Shown here piece after piece: positions 38,926 through 47,870 of a stretch of DNA of 58,053 nt. Position 1 is the first letter of the stretch. Every line of letters begins with the position of its first letter. The stretch covers positions 1 to 58,053 of the forward strand of contig CACWKL010000001.1 in NCBI GenBank assembly GCA_902761495.1. The letters are read 5' to 3'. The stretch is from an uncultured Pseudomonadota bacterium (GTDB lineage Bacteria > Pseudomonadota > Alphaproteobacteria > UBA3830). The notes beneath the pieces are model-generated. The model saw only the letters and a program-made list of their open reading frames with translations. It was not told the origin of the DNA and ran no database searches. The translations under genes and the position numbers were made by a program.

Positions 38926-41196
38926 TCATCTTAAAACTTCCCTTTTCTTACGAGAGCTCTTTTTCGGAGATTCTTCGCTTGAATCCGATTTTCTCTTTTT
39001 TTTAGAAACAGGAGATTCTTCACTGTCAGGCTCCTTTGAACTTCTCTTCCTTTTGCCCCCTTTTTTCGGACTTTTAGCTGCTTCATCGTCCGAATCGCAA
39101 GAGTTTTCGTGGTCGATGCGCATAGTCAATCTCGCGCGACCTTTGCTGTCATATCCCTTGAACAAGACTCGAACTTCATCGCCTTCGGACAATACATCCT
39201 CGACATCTTCAACGCGTTCATAAGATATTTCGCTGACGTGTACCAATCCTTCACGAGTTCCGTAGAAGTTGACGAAAGCCCCGAATTCCATGATTTTTAC
39301 CACTCTCGCGTTGTAAACGGTTCCCGGCTCGGGATCGTAAGCGATTTCTTTGATCATGTTTACGGCTTTCTCCAGCGAGGTTCCGCAAGCGGACGCCACG
39401 GTGACATTTCCGTCGTCGTCGATATCGATTTTTGCTCCTGTAGAGTCGATAATTTCACGAATAACCTTTCCGCCGCTGCCGATTACTTCACGAATTTTGT
39501 CCTTGGCAATTGTAAAAGTTACCAAACGCGGAGCATTCTCATTCAACTCTTGTCTCGGTTCGCTGATTCCTTTGGTCATTTCTTCCAAGATGTATAAACG
39601 ACCGTCCCTTGCCTGTTTCAACGCCTTTTCGAGAATATCAAAAGTGACGCTGGTTACCTTGATGTCCATCTGCAGTGCGGTAATTCCGTTTTCCGTTCCC
39701 GCAACCTTGAAATCCATGTCGCCCAAATGATCTTCTTCAGCCATAATGTCGCTGAGGATTACGTAATTACCCTCGGAATCAATTACCAAACCCATTGCAA
39801 TTCCTGCGACCGCACTTTTCAGCGGAACTCCTGCATCCATCAAAGACAGGGACGCACCGCAGATCGTCGCCATCGAAGAAGATCCATTGCAGGACAAAAC
39901 TTCCGAAACAACTCGGACTGCGTAAGGAAATTCCTCTTTTGTCGGCAAAACCTGACTGACCGCGCGCCATGCCAATCTCCCGTGACCGATTTCACGACGT
40001 CCAGGCGATCCCAACCGGCTGATTTCTCCGACTGAAAACGGTGGGAAATTATAATGCAGCAAAAATCTTTCGGTATATTCCCCGGCCAATCCGTCCACTA
40101 ACTGTTCGTCCTGAGATGTTCCCAGAGTCGTGATCGCTAGGGCCTGGGTTTCTCCTCTATTGAATACCGCGGATCCGTGTACTCTTGGTAATACTGAAAT
40201 TTCAGTGCTAATCGGGCGAATATCGACCGAGGAACGATCGTCAATTCTCTTTCCCGTGGACAACAACTTATCACGCATGAACCGCGAACAAACTTCCTTG
40301 AACATCTCTTCGATGAAGTTCTCCGTAAATTCCTCTTCGCGATCCGCAAAATGAGCGACTGCTGCCTCGCGAACCTTCGCCATGGCTTCCAATCTTTCGT
40401 GTTTCGAACCTTGCGCGTAAGCATCTTCGATATCTGACAAAAAGTTTGCAGTAATCTCTTCTATGACAGCGTTGGAGTTCGATTCTTCTGGCACTTCCCA
40501 AGGATCTTTCGCAACTTCTTCCGCCAACTCTGTGATCATTTCGATAATTGGCTGATAAGACTTATGTCCAAACTTCAGGGCCGCAAGCATTTCCTTTTCG
40601 GTAAGCTGATTGGAACCCGACTCAACCATCAGTACACCTTCGGAAGATCCCGCGATAATCAAGTTTAAGTTCGAATTGTGCCCGATTTTCGGATTCAAAA
40701 TAAATTCGCCGTTTTCGTATCCAATACGAGCTGCAGCGATAGGTCCGAGAAATGGAATTCCTGAAATTGTCAGTGCTGCGGATGCTCCGATGATGGAAAG
40801 GATATCTGGATCATTTTCTCCATCGAAACTTAAAACCGTGCAAATGACCTGAGTTTCATTTTTGAAATTCTTGTGGAACAAAGGCCTGATCGGGCGGTCA
40901 ATCAATCGCGAAACCAAAGTTTCGTGCTCAGATGGACGTCCCTCTCTTTTTATGAAGCCACCCGGGATTTTTCCGGCGGCGTAGGCTTTTTCTATATAGT
41001 TAACAGTCAAAGGGAAAAAGTCGACTTCGGAATTGGCTTCTTTGGCTGCAACAACAGTACATAAGACCATTGTATCGCCGTATCTTACAACAACAGATCC
41101 GTCCGCCTGATTTGCCCAGCGGCCCGTTTCTACGGATAATACTCCATCACCCCAGGCAATTTCTTTTTTCGTTATCATGACTTTTTCCCTGTTCAA
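38926..41196 (-). CDS. pnp: Polyribonucleotide nucleotidyltransferase (PNPase) with a basic Lys/Ser-rich C-terminal extension
   Basis: 756-aa ORF with two RNase PH domains, KH and S1 domains in canonical order. The start may be the Met at 41178. Sits in the rpsO-pnp arrangement. Confidence 0.97.
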   Translation of the reverse strand: MNREKVMITKKEIAWGDGVLSVETGRWANQADGSVVVRYGDTMVLCTVVAAKEANSEVDFFPLTVNYIEKAYAAGKIPGGFIKREGRPSEHETLVSRLIDRPIRPLFHKNFKNETQVICTVLSFDGENDPDILSIIGASAALTISGIPFLGPIAAARIGYENGEFILNPKIGHNSNLNLIIAGSSEGVLMVESGSNQLTEKEMLAALKFGHKSYQPIIEMITELAEEVAKDPWEVPEESNSNAVIEEITANFLSDIEDAYAQGSKHERLEAMAKVREAAVAHFADREEEFTENFIEEMFKEVCSRFMRDKLLSTGKRIDDRSSVDIRPISTEISVLPRVHGSAVFNRGETQALAITTLGTSQDEQLVDGLAGEYTERFLLHYNFPPFSVGEISRLGSPGRREIGHGRLAWRAVSQVLPTKEEFPYAVRVVSEVLSCNGSSSMATICGASLSLMDAGVPLKSAVAGIAMGLVIDSEGNYVILSDIMAEEDHLGDMDFKVAGTENGITALQMDIKVTSVTFDILEKALKQARDGRLYILEEMTKGISEPRQELNENAPRLVTFTIAKDKIREVIGSGGKVIREIIDSTGAKIDIDDDGNVTVASACGTSLEKAVNMIKEIAYDPEPGTVYNARVVKIMEFGAFVNFYGTREGLVHVSEISYERVEDVEDVLSEGDEVRVLFKGYDSKGRARLTMRIDHENSCDSDDEAAKSPKKGGKRKRSSKEPDSEESPVSKKKRKSDSSEESPKKSSRKKREVLR

Positions 41197-41197
41197 A

Positions 41198-41458
41198 TTA
41201 TCTTCTCAAACCTAATGACTTAATGAGAGTAGCGTATCTTTCGACGCTTTCACTTTTGAGGTAATCCAATAATTTTCTTCTCTTGCTAACCATCGCCAAA
41301 AGTCCGCGCCTTGAGTGGAAATCTTTCGGATGCACAATCATGTGCTCACCAAGAGAATTAATTCTTGAGGTTAAAATTGCTACCTGAACCTCAGGCGACC
41401 CCGTGTCTCCCTCGTGCCTTGCAAATTTCTCAATAAGGTCTTTTTTTTCAATCGACAT
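41198..41458 (-). CDS. rpsO: 30S ribosomal protein S15
   Basis: 86-aa ORF with [30 protein letters not shown]. Confidence 0.95.
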   Translation of the reverse strand: MSIEKKDLIEKFARHEGDTGSPEVQVAILTSRINSLGEHMIVHPKDFHSRRGLLAMVSKRRKLLDYLKSESVERYATLIKSLGLRR

Positions 41459-41468
41459 CTTTTATCTC

Positions 41469-42353
41469 CTAATTTAAACACATTCTGACGGCACTAATTA
41501 TGCCATCCGCAGAAACAAAGCAGACCCCACAAAACTTCCCGCTCTCGCTGTCGAACAATCTTACATTCGACAAAAGAATTTCAGATTCTGCGAGCTGAAC
41601 CGACAACCCATTCTGCAACTTGGATACGTAATTCTTTCCCAAAAACAAGGCCGGGATGTCGTCCAGCGGACTCTCCAATGGAATCAAATTACCATCCAAC
41701 TCGCTAGTATCTACTATTTCAGCTAATTTTTCCAGTGAAATCGCTCGCTCTATTGAAAAAAAACCGGATTTTAGCCTTTTCAGTTCCTTTACATAGCACA
41801 AACTACCTAATTTTTGAGCGATATCAACGGCCAAAGTGCGAACATAAGTTCCTTTTGAACAGCGAACTTGAAATTTTGCGTGACCATTTTCAAAAAACTG
41901 CAACAATTTTAAATCATGAATGAAAATTTTTCGGGAAGGAATTTTTACGGATTTGTTTTGTCTGGCCAGATCGCAGGCTCGACGTCCGTTAATCTTTATA
42001 GCGGAAAATTTCGGAGGAATCTGCTCTATTTCGCCTAAAAATTTCGGAAGAATTTTTTCAATTTGATCTCTGATCGGAATGATTTTCGTGGTTTCCGTAA
42101 TTTCGCCTGTTTCGTCATAAGAATCGGTACTTGCTCCGAAATTGACTTCAAATTCGTATATTTTTTCGACATCTTCGATAAAGTGAATAAATTTTCGCGC
42201 GCGCCCTATCGCGATGGGAAGTACTCCGGTCGCGAACGGATCAAGGGTTCCGACATATCCTGTTTTTTCTTTGAGAAGTTTGCGAACCTTTACCATAGCG
42301 AAATTTGAAGAAATTCCCTTTGGTTTATCGAGACAAATCCATCTGTCCGTCAT
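41469..42353 (-). CDS. truB: tRNA pseudouridine(55) synthase
   Basis: 294-aa ORF. Catalytic motif GYVGTLDPFATGVLPI. Sits in truB-rpsO-pnp synteny. Confidence 0.93.
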   Translation of the reverse strand: MTDRWICLDKPKGISSNFAMVKVRKLLKEKTGYVGTLDPFATGVLPIAIGRARKFIHFIEDVEKIYEFEVNFGASTDSYDETGEITETTKIIPIRDQIEKILPKFLGEIEQIPPKFSAIKINGRRACDLARQNKSVKIPSRKIFIHDLKLLQFFENGHAKFQVRCSKGTYVRTLAVDIAQKLGSLCYVKELKRLKSGFFSIERAISLEKLAEIVDTSELDGNLIPLESPLDDIPALFLGKNYVSKLQNGLSVQLAESEILLSNVRLFDSESGKFCGVCFVSADGIISAVRMCLN

Positions 42354-42488
42354 AGCCTTTCCAGTTTTTTTATTGTCTTCGAGATTTAATCACAAATTAT
42401 TCGCAATATTAAGAGGAGCGCTAAAAAATAAGCTATGTCTGAAAAATATTTGCACCCGAATTTATTTCCGAGCGCAGAACAAAAGATA

Positions 42489-43358
42489 TTAATTCCTCTT
42501 TAACAGAATGTGTCCGCTGACCATTTTGTTTAGGTCCGCCGGGTAAATTTCCCCGTCTTCATTGATAGCATAAATTTTAAACCCAAATTCATTTATACTA
42601 CTCACAAACTCCGACGTTTGAAGTTCGTCTTTTTCATAATCCAAAACGATTTTGATTTCCGGAGAGCGTTTGATAATTTTCTGTGCCCCATTAATGGCAT
42701 TGACAATATTTTTCTTTTTACTGATTCTCAATAGGTTTATGTTTTGTAGATTCGGGTAAATTTCATCCAAGGTCGATACCTCTACTTTCAAGGCGTTAAA
42801 TCCTTTTTCTGACTTATAATCGGAAGGCCTAATTATTCCATATTCCAGCGATTCTTCATTTCCATAGATCAAAAGACCCTCGGAAGGTTTGTCGGATACT
42901 GCGACGGTTTTTGTAAGTACTCTACTTTCGAATCCATTGGACTTTGCGCTCAGTTTTATCGTGTCGTTATATTTTTCGAAAGGATTCAATATGTATATTC
43001 GACCCGACCGAGAAATTAATTTCGCGATCAAAAGCTGTTGTACGCCAATGTCCTGACTTACGTATAGCACTGTATCGCCCTCTTTCAGATTTTTCCTGAA
43101 ATACGAAATTATATCTTTTTCTCTGACTTCATTATTGATTTGATCGTAGGAGAAGATATCGCGGTTTACCTTAATTTTTATATCATCGAAAATAACTTTT
43201 TCCTGTACGTTTTGCAGATCAGACGAAGTGTTGTCAAGAATGGTTTTGCATTGCTTTCGGTAACAAGAAATCGCAACGATCAAAGCTATTAGTATAATCA
43301 CGGTAATAAAGGCATACCGCAGAGCTTTTTTTTTCAGGTCTTTAGAAATTTCTTCCAT
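42489..43358 (-). CDS. Membrane-anchored protein with weak FkbM-methyltransferase-like layout, function uncertain
   Basis: 289-aa ORF. N-terminal TM (YAFITVIILIALIVAISCY). Block order resembles the FkbM family (GDTVLYVSQDIG..., IYILNPFEKY, VAVSDK, VSTLDEIY, LLRISKK.., FGFKIY). The Gly-rich SAM motif and the KIDVEG-type block are not conserved. Confidence 0.35.
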   Translation of the reverse strand: MEEISKDLKKKALRYAFITVIILIALIVAISCYRKQCKTILDNTSSDLQNVQEKVIFDDIKIKVNRDIFSYDQINNEVREKDIISYFRKNLKEGDTVLYVSQDIGVQQLLIAKLISRSGRIYILNPFEKYNDTIKLSAKSNGFESRVLTKTVAVSDKPSEGLLIYGNEESLEYGIIRPSDYKSEKGFNALKVEVSTLDEIYPNLQNINLLRISKKKNIVNAINGAQKIIKRSPEIKIVLDYEKDELQTSEFVSSINEFGFKIYAINEDGEIYPADLNKMVSGHILLKRN

Positions 43359-43421
43359 ATTTATGTACTCCCAACTAGGTTATATCTTACTAAATATAGG
43401 TTAACATAAAGTTAATAATTT

Positions 43422-44135
43422 TTACCAAGTTTCATCTAATTTTATTTTTACTAAATTTTTCTTGTTTTTTGCGGTAATAAATTCGTCATATATTTTTAAA
43501 ATTTCATACCCGCCGACAGAATCACCTTCGAGGAAAGGTTTTCCGTTTATATATGCTATGTCGTAGTGCATTATTCCATTGAGCTGATATTTCGTTATTT
43601 TCGGCAGGTTGAATAATTCAGGATATTTCTCATCATCAACATTATTTGTATAAATTTTGTTTACATAGAAATATTTTTGCAGATTTTGCGGTGGATAGAA
43701 AATACGGCAAAGGAGAGAAATTTGTAAAAGTTTTTTCAAATTTTTAATTTTTATTTCATCGAAGGAGATTATTCCGCCGAGCTCGGTTCGTAGTTTATCG
43801 AGCAAGGTGTAAAAATCTTTTTCACTGTTAATTTTGAATTTTAATTCAAATTTTTCTGCGGAAATTTCTTTAAAAAGAACAGATGTGAGGGAAATTTTCT
43901 TAAAAATCTCGAAAATATCTTGCTTTAAATTTTCATTTTTTTCGAACATTTTTTCTTTCGGCTTTAGAAATTTTTTCAGATTTGCGTTTTTTTGAAGTTC
44001 ATCGATTTTCGCTTTTCGAATTTTCTCTGCGGCCAAAATTTTATCGTAATTTCGGATTTTAAAATTCTGATAACAGCAAATCAGAATCAATGCAAATATG
44101 ATTAGGAAAAGATCTCTCAATTTAATTTTAGCCAC
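43422..44135 (-). CDS. Orphan bitopic membrane protein; candidate PilO/GspM-like plus PilP/GspC-HR-like fusion
   Basis: 237-aa ORF. TM at about residues 8-24, then a coiled coil. A segment at about residues 80-147 has an alternating pattern like PilO/GspM periplasmic domains. The C-terminal YQLNGIMHYDIAYINGKPFLEGDSVGGYEILKIYDEFITAKNKKNLVKIKL resembles secretin-binding HR/PilP domains. Overlaps the upstream gene by 19 nt. Architecture-level inference only. Confidence 0.4.
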   Translation of the reverse strand: MAKIKLRDLFLIIFALILICCYQNFKIRNYDKILAAEKIRKAKIDELQKNANLKKFLKPKEKMFEKNENLKQDIFEIFKKISLTSVLFKEISAEKFELKFKINSEKDFYTLLDKLRTELGGIISFDEIKIKNLKKLLQISLLCRIFYPPQNLQKYFYVNKIYTNNVDDEKYPELFNLPKITKYQLNGIMHYDIAYINGKPFLEGDSVGGYEILKIYDEFITAKNKKNLVKIKLDETW

Positions 44136-45112
44136 AACACAGCCTCCACAATTTGATCAGATCCTAATTTTTCATAAGACGAATTTGTTACATAATCTAT
44201 TTTTATATTTGTCAGTTCTTTGATTTTTTTCAAGGACAGCTCTGTCTTGATTTTTGCAACATCTCTATTCAGTTTTAAAGCTTGAATTTTTATATTGTTT
44301 TTCTTACAAAATTCCGAAATTTTATTCCAATTCGGAGTATCGTTTAGCTCGGTGAGTAAATTCATCAGTGAATCATAATTTTTCGATGACATATAAGCAG
44401 AAAAATCTTCAGTTTTGATTTTATTATTCAGGTTTTTCGGAGAGTAATCTTGGTTGTAAATTTTGTAGGAATTATGAATCACTACCGTAGTCATAATAAA
44501 AATAATGATCCACGCAAAATAGCAAAGAAAATTGCATTTTTTTTGAAAAATGGGTTTTATGTTGCTGTTTTTTTCTGCGAAGTTTAGGATTTTATCGATA
44601 TTCAAAAGTTTCGCATCTTCAAACTCATCAATGGTAGAAAAAATTTTGAAAGAATTTATATGCAACCTTTTCAGATACAGTTTTGTACATTTCAATTCTT
44701 GTGCGATATTTTTGGGAATGAATCGACTTAGCACGATCGCTGGACCGCAGCCGACGATTATTCTGTAACCGGACCAATTATGGCAACCCACGTATATCCA
44801 ATCATCCGCAAAATTTATTTCTTTTCGAACCAAATAATCCGCGATTATATTTTCGATTAATACGCAATTTTTCCAGCGATCGTGGAGGGTAATTTTTTGT
44901 AGGTATTTCGGTGAATTGTTGAAAATGTCGCGCCAATAAAGATGATAAAAATCCGTTCCGTATTTTCTTTTATAACGAAGAATTTTTAACGCTTCAAATA
45001 TCGAACAATTTTGAAGTCGTTCCGTCGAAAACTCTGTGACATTTTTATCGAGAACGATAAGATCATTTCGAGAAAATTTCTGATGATTGTTCTTTTCGCC
45101 GATGATATTCAT
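44117..45112 (-). CDS. Orphan bitopic membrane protein; candidate GspL / fused PilM-PilN-like assembly component
   Basis: 331-aa ORF. Cytoplasmic domain of about 190 aa, a single TM (about residues 194-213, FLCYFAWIIIFIMTTVVIH) and a periplasmic domain of about 118 aa. The ATGA start/stop overlap with the PilC-like gene implies translational coupling. Architecture-level inference only. Confidence 0.4.
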   Translation of the reverse strand: MNIIGEKNNHQKFSRNDLIVLDKNVTEFSTERLQNCSIFEALKILRYKRKYGTDFYHLYWRDIFNNSPKYLQKITLHDRWKNCVLIENIIADYLVRKEINFADDWIYVGCHNWSGYRIIVGCGPAIVLSRFIPKNIAQELKCTKLYLKRLHINSFKIFSTIDEFEDAKLLNIDKILNFAEKNSNIKPIFQKKCNFLCYFAWIIIFIMTTVVIHNSYKIYNQDYSPKNLNNKIKTEDFSAYMSSKNYDSLMNLLTELNDTPNWNKISEFCKKNNIKIQALKLNRDVAKIKTELSLKKIKELTNIKIDYVTNSSYEKLGSDQIVEAVLWLKLN

Positions 45113-46326
45113 TGATGCATCACCCCTATATAATTATAGAGAGGAAGGAACAAACTGCTTAAGATAAAGATGAAGATTCCTCCCGCGAAAAGAGTCAGTC
45201 CGATGCTGAGAGATCGTCCGAAAATCTCCAATTCGCGCAAAATTTCTTTGTATAATTCATCTGATATATGTCGCATGCTGTCCGGCAGATTATTTCCCGA
45301 TTCTCCTACGTAAAGAGCTGTTGATATGGATTGGGTAATGTATTTTGACGATGAAAATGTTTCGAAAATTTTGTGCCCTGAAAGGATTTTTGATTTAATT
45401 TTTTCGAGATCACTTTTGATATCTTCAATTTCAACCGATTCCATTCCAAGTTCCAAAGACTTAATAAAATCAAGTTTTGAGTTCAACGCGATTTGCAAAA
45501 TTTTGAAAAAATTCCATAGCGTGATTTTCTTTAAAATGCTGCCGATTTTGGGAATTGATAATAAATAGTTTTGTAATTTTTTTCTATATTTTTTTAAGGC
45601 CGAAAAGCAAATTAAACAAAGGAAAGTCAGGGTAACAGTTATAGAAAAACTTGCTCCGATCTTTGGAAGATAATTTACGGCAAAATTGGTTAGCACGGGG
45701 ATTTCTCCGCCATTATTGTCCTTTAAAAGTGAAATTACCTGAGGGCCTAAAAATACTATGCAAACCCACATTATAATTATTGCAACCAGCGTGATGAATA
45801 CGGGGTAGGCAAGGGCAGATTTTGCTTTTTCTTTCCACTCATTTTTTAATTTCAGAAAAGCCAAGATATTTGCGATGATTTCGGACAAGTTTCCTGTTTT
45901 TTCAGCTGAATTTAGGAGTCCGGAAACAACATTATCGAAAATGGAATTTTTAAAGGCTTCATTCATAGATTGTCCGTTTTTCAGCGCGTCAGAAATTTCT
46001 AACAATTTAGCGTTCAGAATTTTATTATTTTGCGAATCGATGAAGGTATCAATGGCTTCATTTATTTTCAGTCCGCATTTTAATTGGAAATCTGTATGCA
46101 TGAAAAACATAAGCAGTTCTTCCAATGATATTTTCGATGAGACTCTGTTTACTTTGGTAATTTCAATTGGGATTAATTCTTTTTTGCAAATGGTTTTGTA
46201 GGCTACATGGTCGCTGTCGGCCAATACAATTCCGGATTTTTTATTTCCCTTTTTTGAGAGAGCTTCATATTTGAAAATCTTTTTGTTTTCTTTTTCAGAG
46301 ATAGGTTCATTTTCAAAAGTTTTCAT
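45109..46326 (-). CDS. Type II secretion / type IV pilus platform protein (GspF/PilC family)
   Basis: 405-aa ORF with duplicated T2SS-F domains and 3 TM segments in the usual positions. Overlaps the ATPase gene by 14 nt. Confidence 0.85.
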   Translation of the reverse strand: MKTFENEPISEKENKKIFKYEALSKKGNKKSGIVLADSDHVAYKTICKKELIPIEITKVNRVSSKISLEELLMFFMHTDFQLKCGLKINEAIDTFIDSQNNKILNAKLLEISDALKNGQSMNEAFKNSIFDNVVSGLLNSAEKTGNLSEIIANILAFLKLKNEWKEKAKSALAYPVFITLVAIIIMWVCIVFLGPQVISLLKDNNGGEIPVLTNFAVNYLPKIGASFSITVTLTFLCLICFSALKKYRKKLQNYLLSIPKIGSILKKITLWNFFKILQIALNSKLDFIKSLELGMESVEIEDIKSDLEKIKSKILSGHKIFETFSSSKYITQSISTALYVGESGNNLPDSMRHISDELYKEILRELEIFGRSLSIGLTLFAGGIFIFILSSLFLPLYNYIGVMHQ

Positions 46327-47815
46327 GTCCCAGCACCCTTTTTATTTCTTGAATGTCCGTCAGATTTTTATCAATGGCGTTTTGAGCGGAGGTTCGGAAT
46401 GTTTTATCCAGCTCGAATCCCAGATCGCCCACCAAAATTTTATTTTTAAGCGATTCCGAAAAGAAAACGTACTCGCTGATCGGAAAGCGGCCCTCATAAC
46501 CATCTCCTTTTTTATATCTGATAAGTCTTTGTGAAAAAATTCCGATCAGAGATGGAATGAAATCCGACAGCTTTAATTTGAAATCTTGCAGACGTCGAAT
46601 GCCTTCGAAAGGTGTTGCCGCATGCAAAGTTGCAATTACTAATCGTCCCGTGAGAGAAGCTCGTACGGCCATTGCTGCGGTAGCTTCATCTCGAATTTCT
46701 CCGATCAAGATAATGTCGGGATCTTGTCGTAAAATGGATCTTATTCCGTCAGCGAAAGTGACAATCCCTTCTTCTTGAATGTCCAACTGGCGAATGCCCT
46801 CAATTTGGTATTCGACAGGATCTTCCAATGTCATTATGTTCAGGTTGGACGAATTTAAACTTTGCAACAGAGAATAAAGAGTAGTAGTTTTTCCCGAGCC
46901 TGTCGGACCGATGATAAGGAAAATTCCATTGGGGTGAGAAATCGCTTTTTTCAGCCAACAAAAGTCATCATAATCAAAGTTCAATTCGGCCAAAGATTTT
47001 ATTCCGGAAGACAGATCAAAGATCCTGATTACAAAGTTTTCTCCGAAAATTCCCGGATGAGTTGAAATTCTCAGATCGATTGTTTTTCCGGCAAGGTGAA
47101 TACGAGTGTGTCCGCTCTGTGGGCGACGATTTTCAGTGATATCCAAGTTCGCTATGAGTTTCAGGCGTGACTGTATCCGAGTCCAAGCTTCTTTTTCGAT
47201 TATCTGAAAAGATTTCAAAATTCCGTCGATTCTGAATCTGACTCGGACTATGTTCTCCATCGGTTCGAAATGTATATCGCTGGCTTTTTGTTCGGACGCT
47301 TTGAAGAGTATTTTATTGAGAAGCATCATCGGATTGGATTCTATCAACTTGTTGTCGCTTTTCATGATTTCGAGAAATCGCAGAATTTCACTTTCCTTGG
47401 CTATAAAAAATTTCACATCTCGGTTTTTTATTTGTGAGCGGATTTTATCTATGGCGATGATATTTCCCGGGTCGGATATTGCGATTTTCACAGAATGTTG
47501 CTCTTCGAAAAACGCTACGGCGCAGCATTCGACGGCAGTTTCGGTTTTCAGTAATTTTAGGGTTTCTTCCTTTATGTATAAAAATTCCAGATTGATTATT
47601 TCGATGCGATAAATTTCCGAAAGAATGTCTACCAGATCCTCCTCGGAAATCAAACCTAACTCCACGGCTTTTTGTCCGAATAAGTGATTTGATTTTTTAT
47701 TTGCAATTGCAGAAATTTGTTCTTGGGAAACAAGACCTCGTTCCAGAAAAATTTCTCCGATAACTTTGTTTTTCCTCATCTCACAATCCATCAAAAAAAC
47801 CATAAAAAAGTCCAT
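46313..47815 (-). CDS. Type II secretion / type IV pilus assembly ATPase (GspE/PilB family), compact form
   Basis: 500-aa ORF. N-terminal GSPII_E_N-like domain (GEIFLERGLVSQEQI...LISEEDLVDILSE), Walker A GPTGSGKTTTL, Asp box LEDPVEYQI, Walker B DPDIILIGEIRD and His box ATLHA. The start may be the Met at 47779. Confidence 0.9.
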   Translation of the reverse strand: MDFFMVFLMDCEMRKNKVIGEIFLERGLVSQEQISAIANKKSNHLFGQKAVELGLISEEDLVDILSEIYRIEIINLEFLYIKEETLKLLKTETAVECCAVAFFEEQHSVKIAISDPGNIIAIDKIRSQIKNRDVKFFIAKESEILRFLEIMKSDNKLIESNPMMLLNKILFKASEQKASDIHFEPMENIVRVRFRIDGILKSFQIIEKEAWTRIQSRLKLIANLDITENRRPQSGHTRIHLAGKTIDLRISTHPGIFGENFVIRIFDLSSGIKSLAELNFDYDDFCWLKKAISHPNGIFLIIGPTGSGKTTTLYSLLQSLNSSNLNIMTLEDPVEYQIEGIRQLDIQEEGIVTFADGIRSILRQDPDIILIGEIRDEATAAMAVRASLTGRLVIATLHAATPFEGIRRLQDFKLKLSDFIPSLIGIFSQRLIRYKKGDGYEGRFPISEYVFFSESLKNKILVGDLGFELDKTFRTSAQNAIDKNLTDIQEIKRVLGHENF

Positions 47816-47870
47816 ACAAACTTATTTCTGAAATTTTATCGAATATTGGTAAGTAAAGACTTAATTTTTG

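Noticed and set aside
39109-40035. Several 100-160-aa plus-strand ORFs inside pnp
   Set aside because: They are antisense to an unambiguous full-length PNPase gene.
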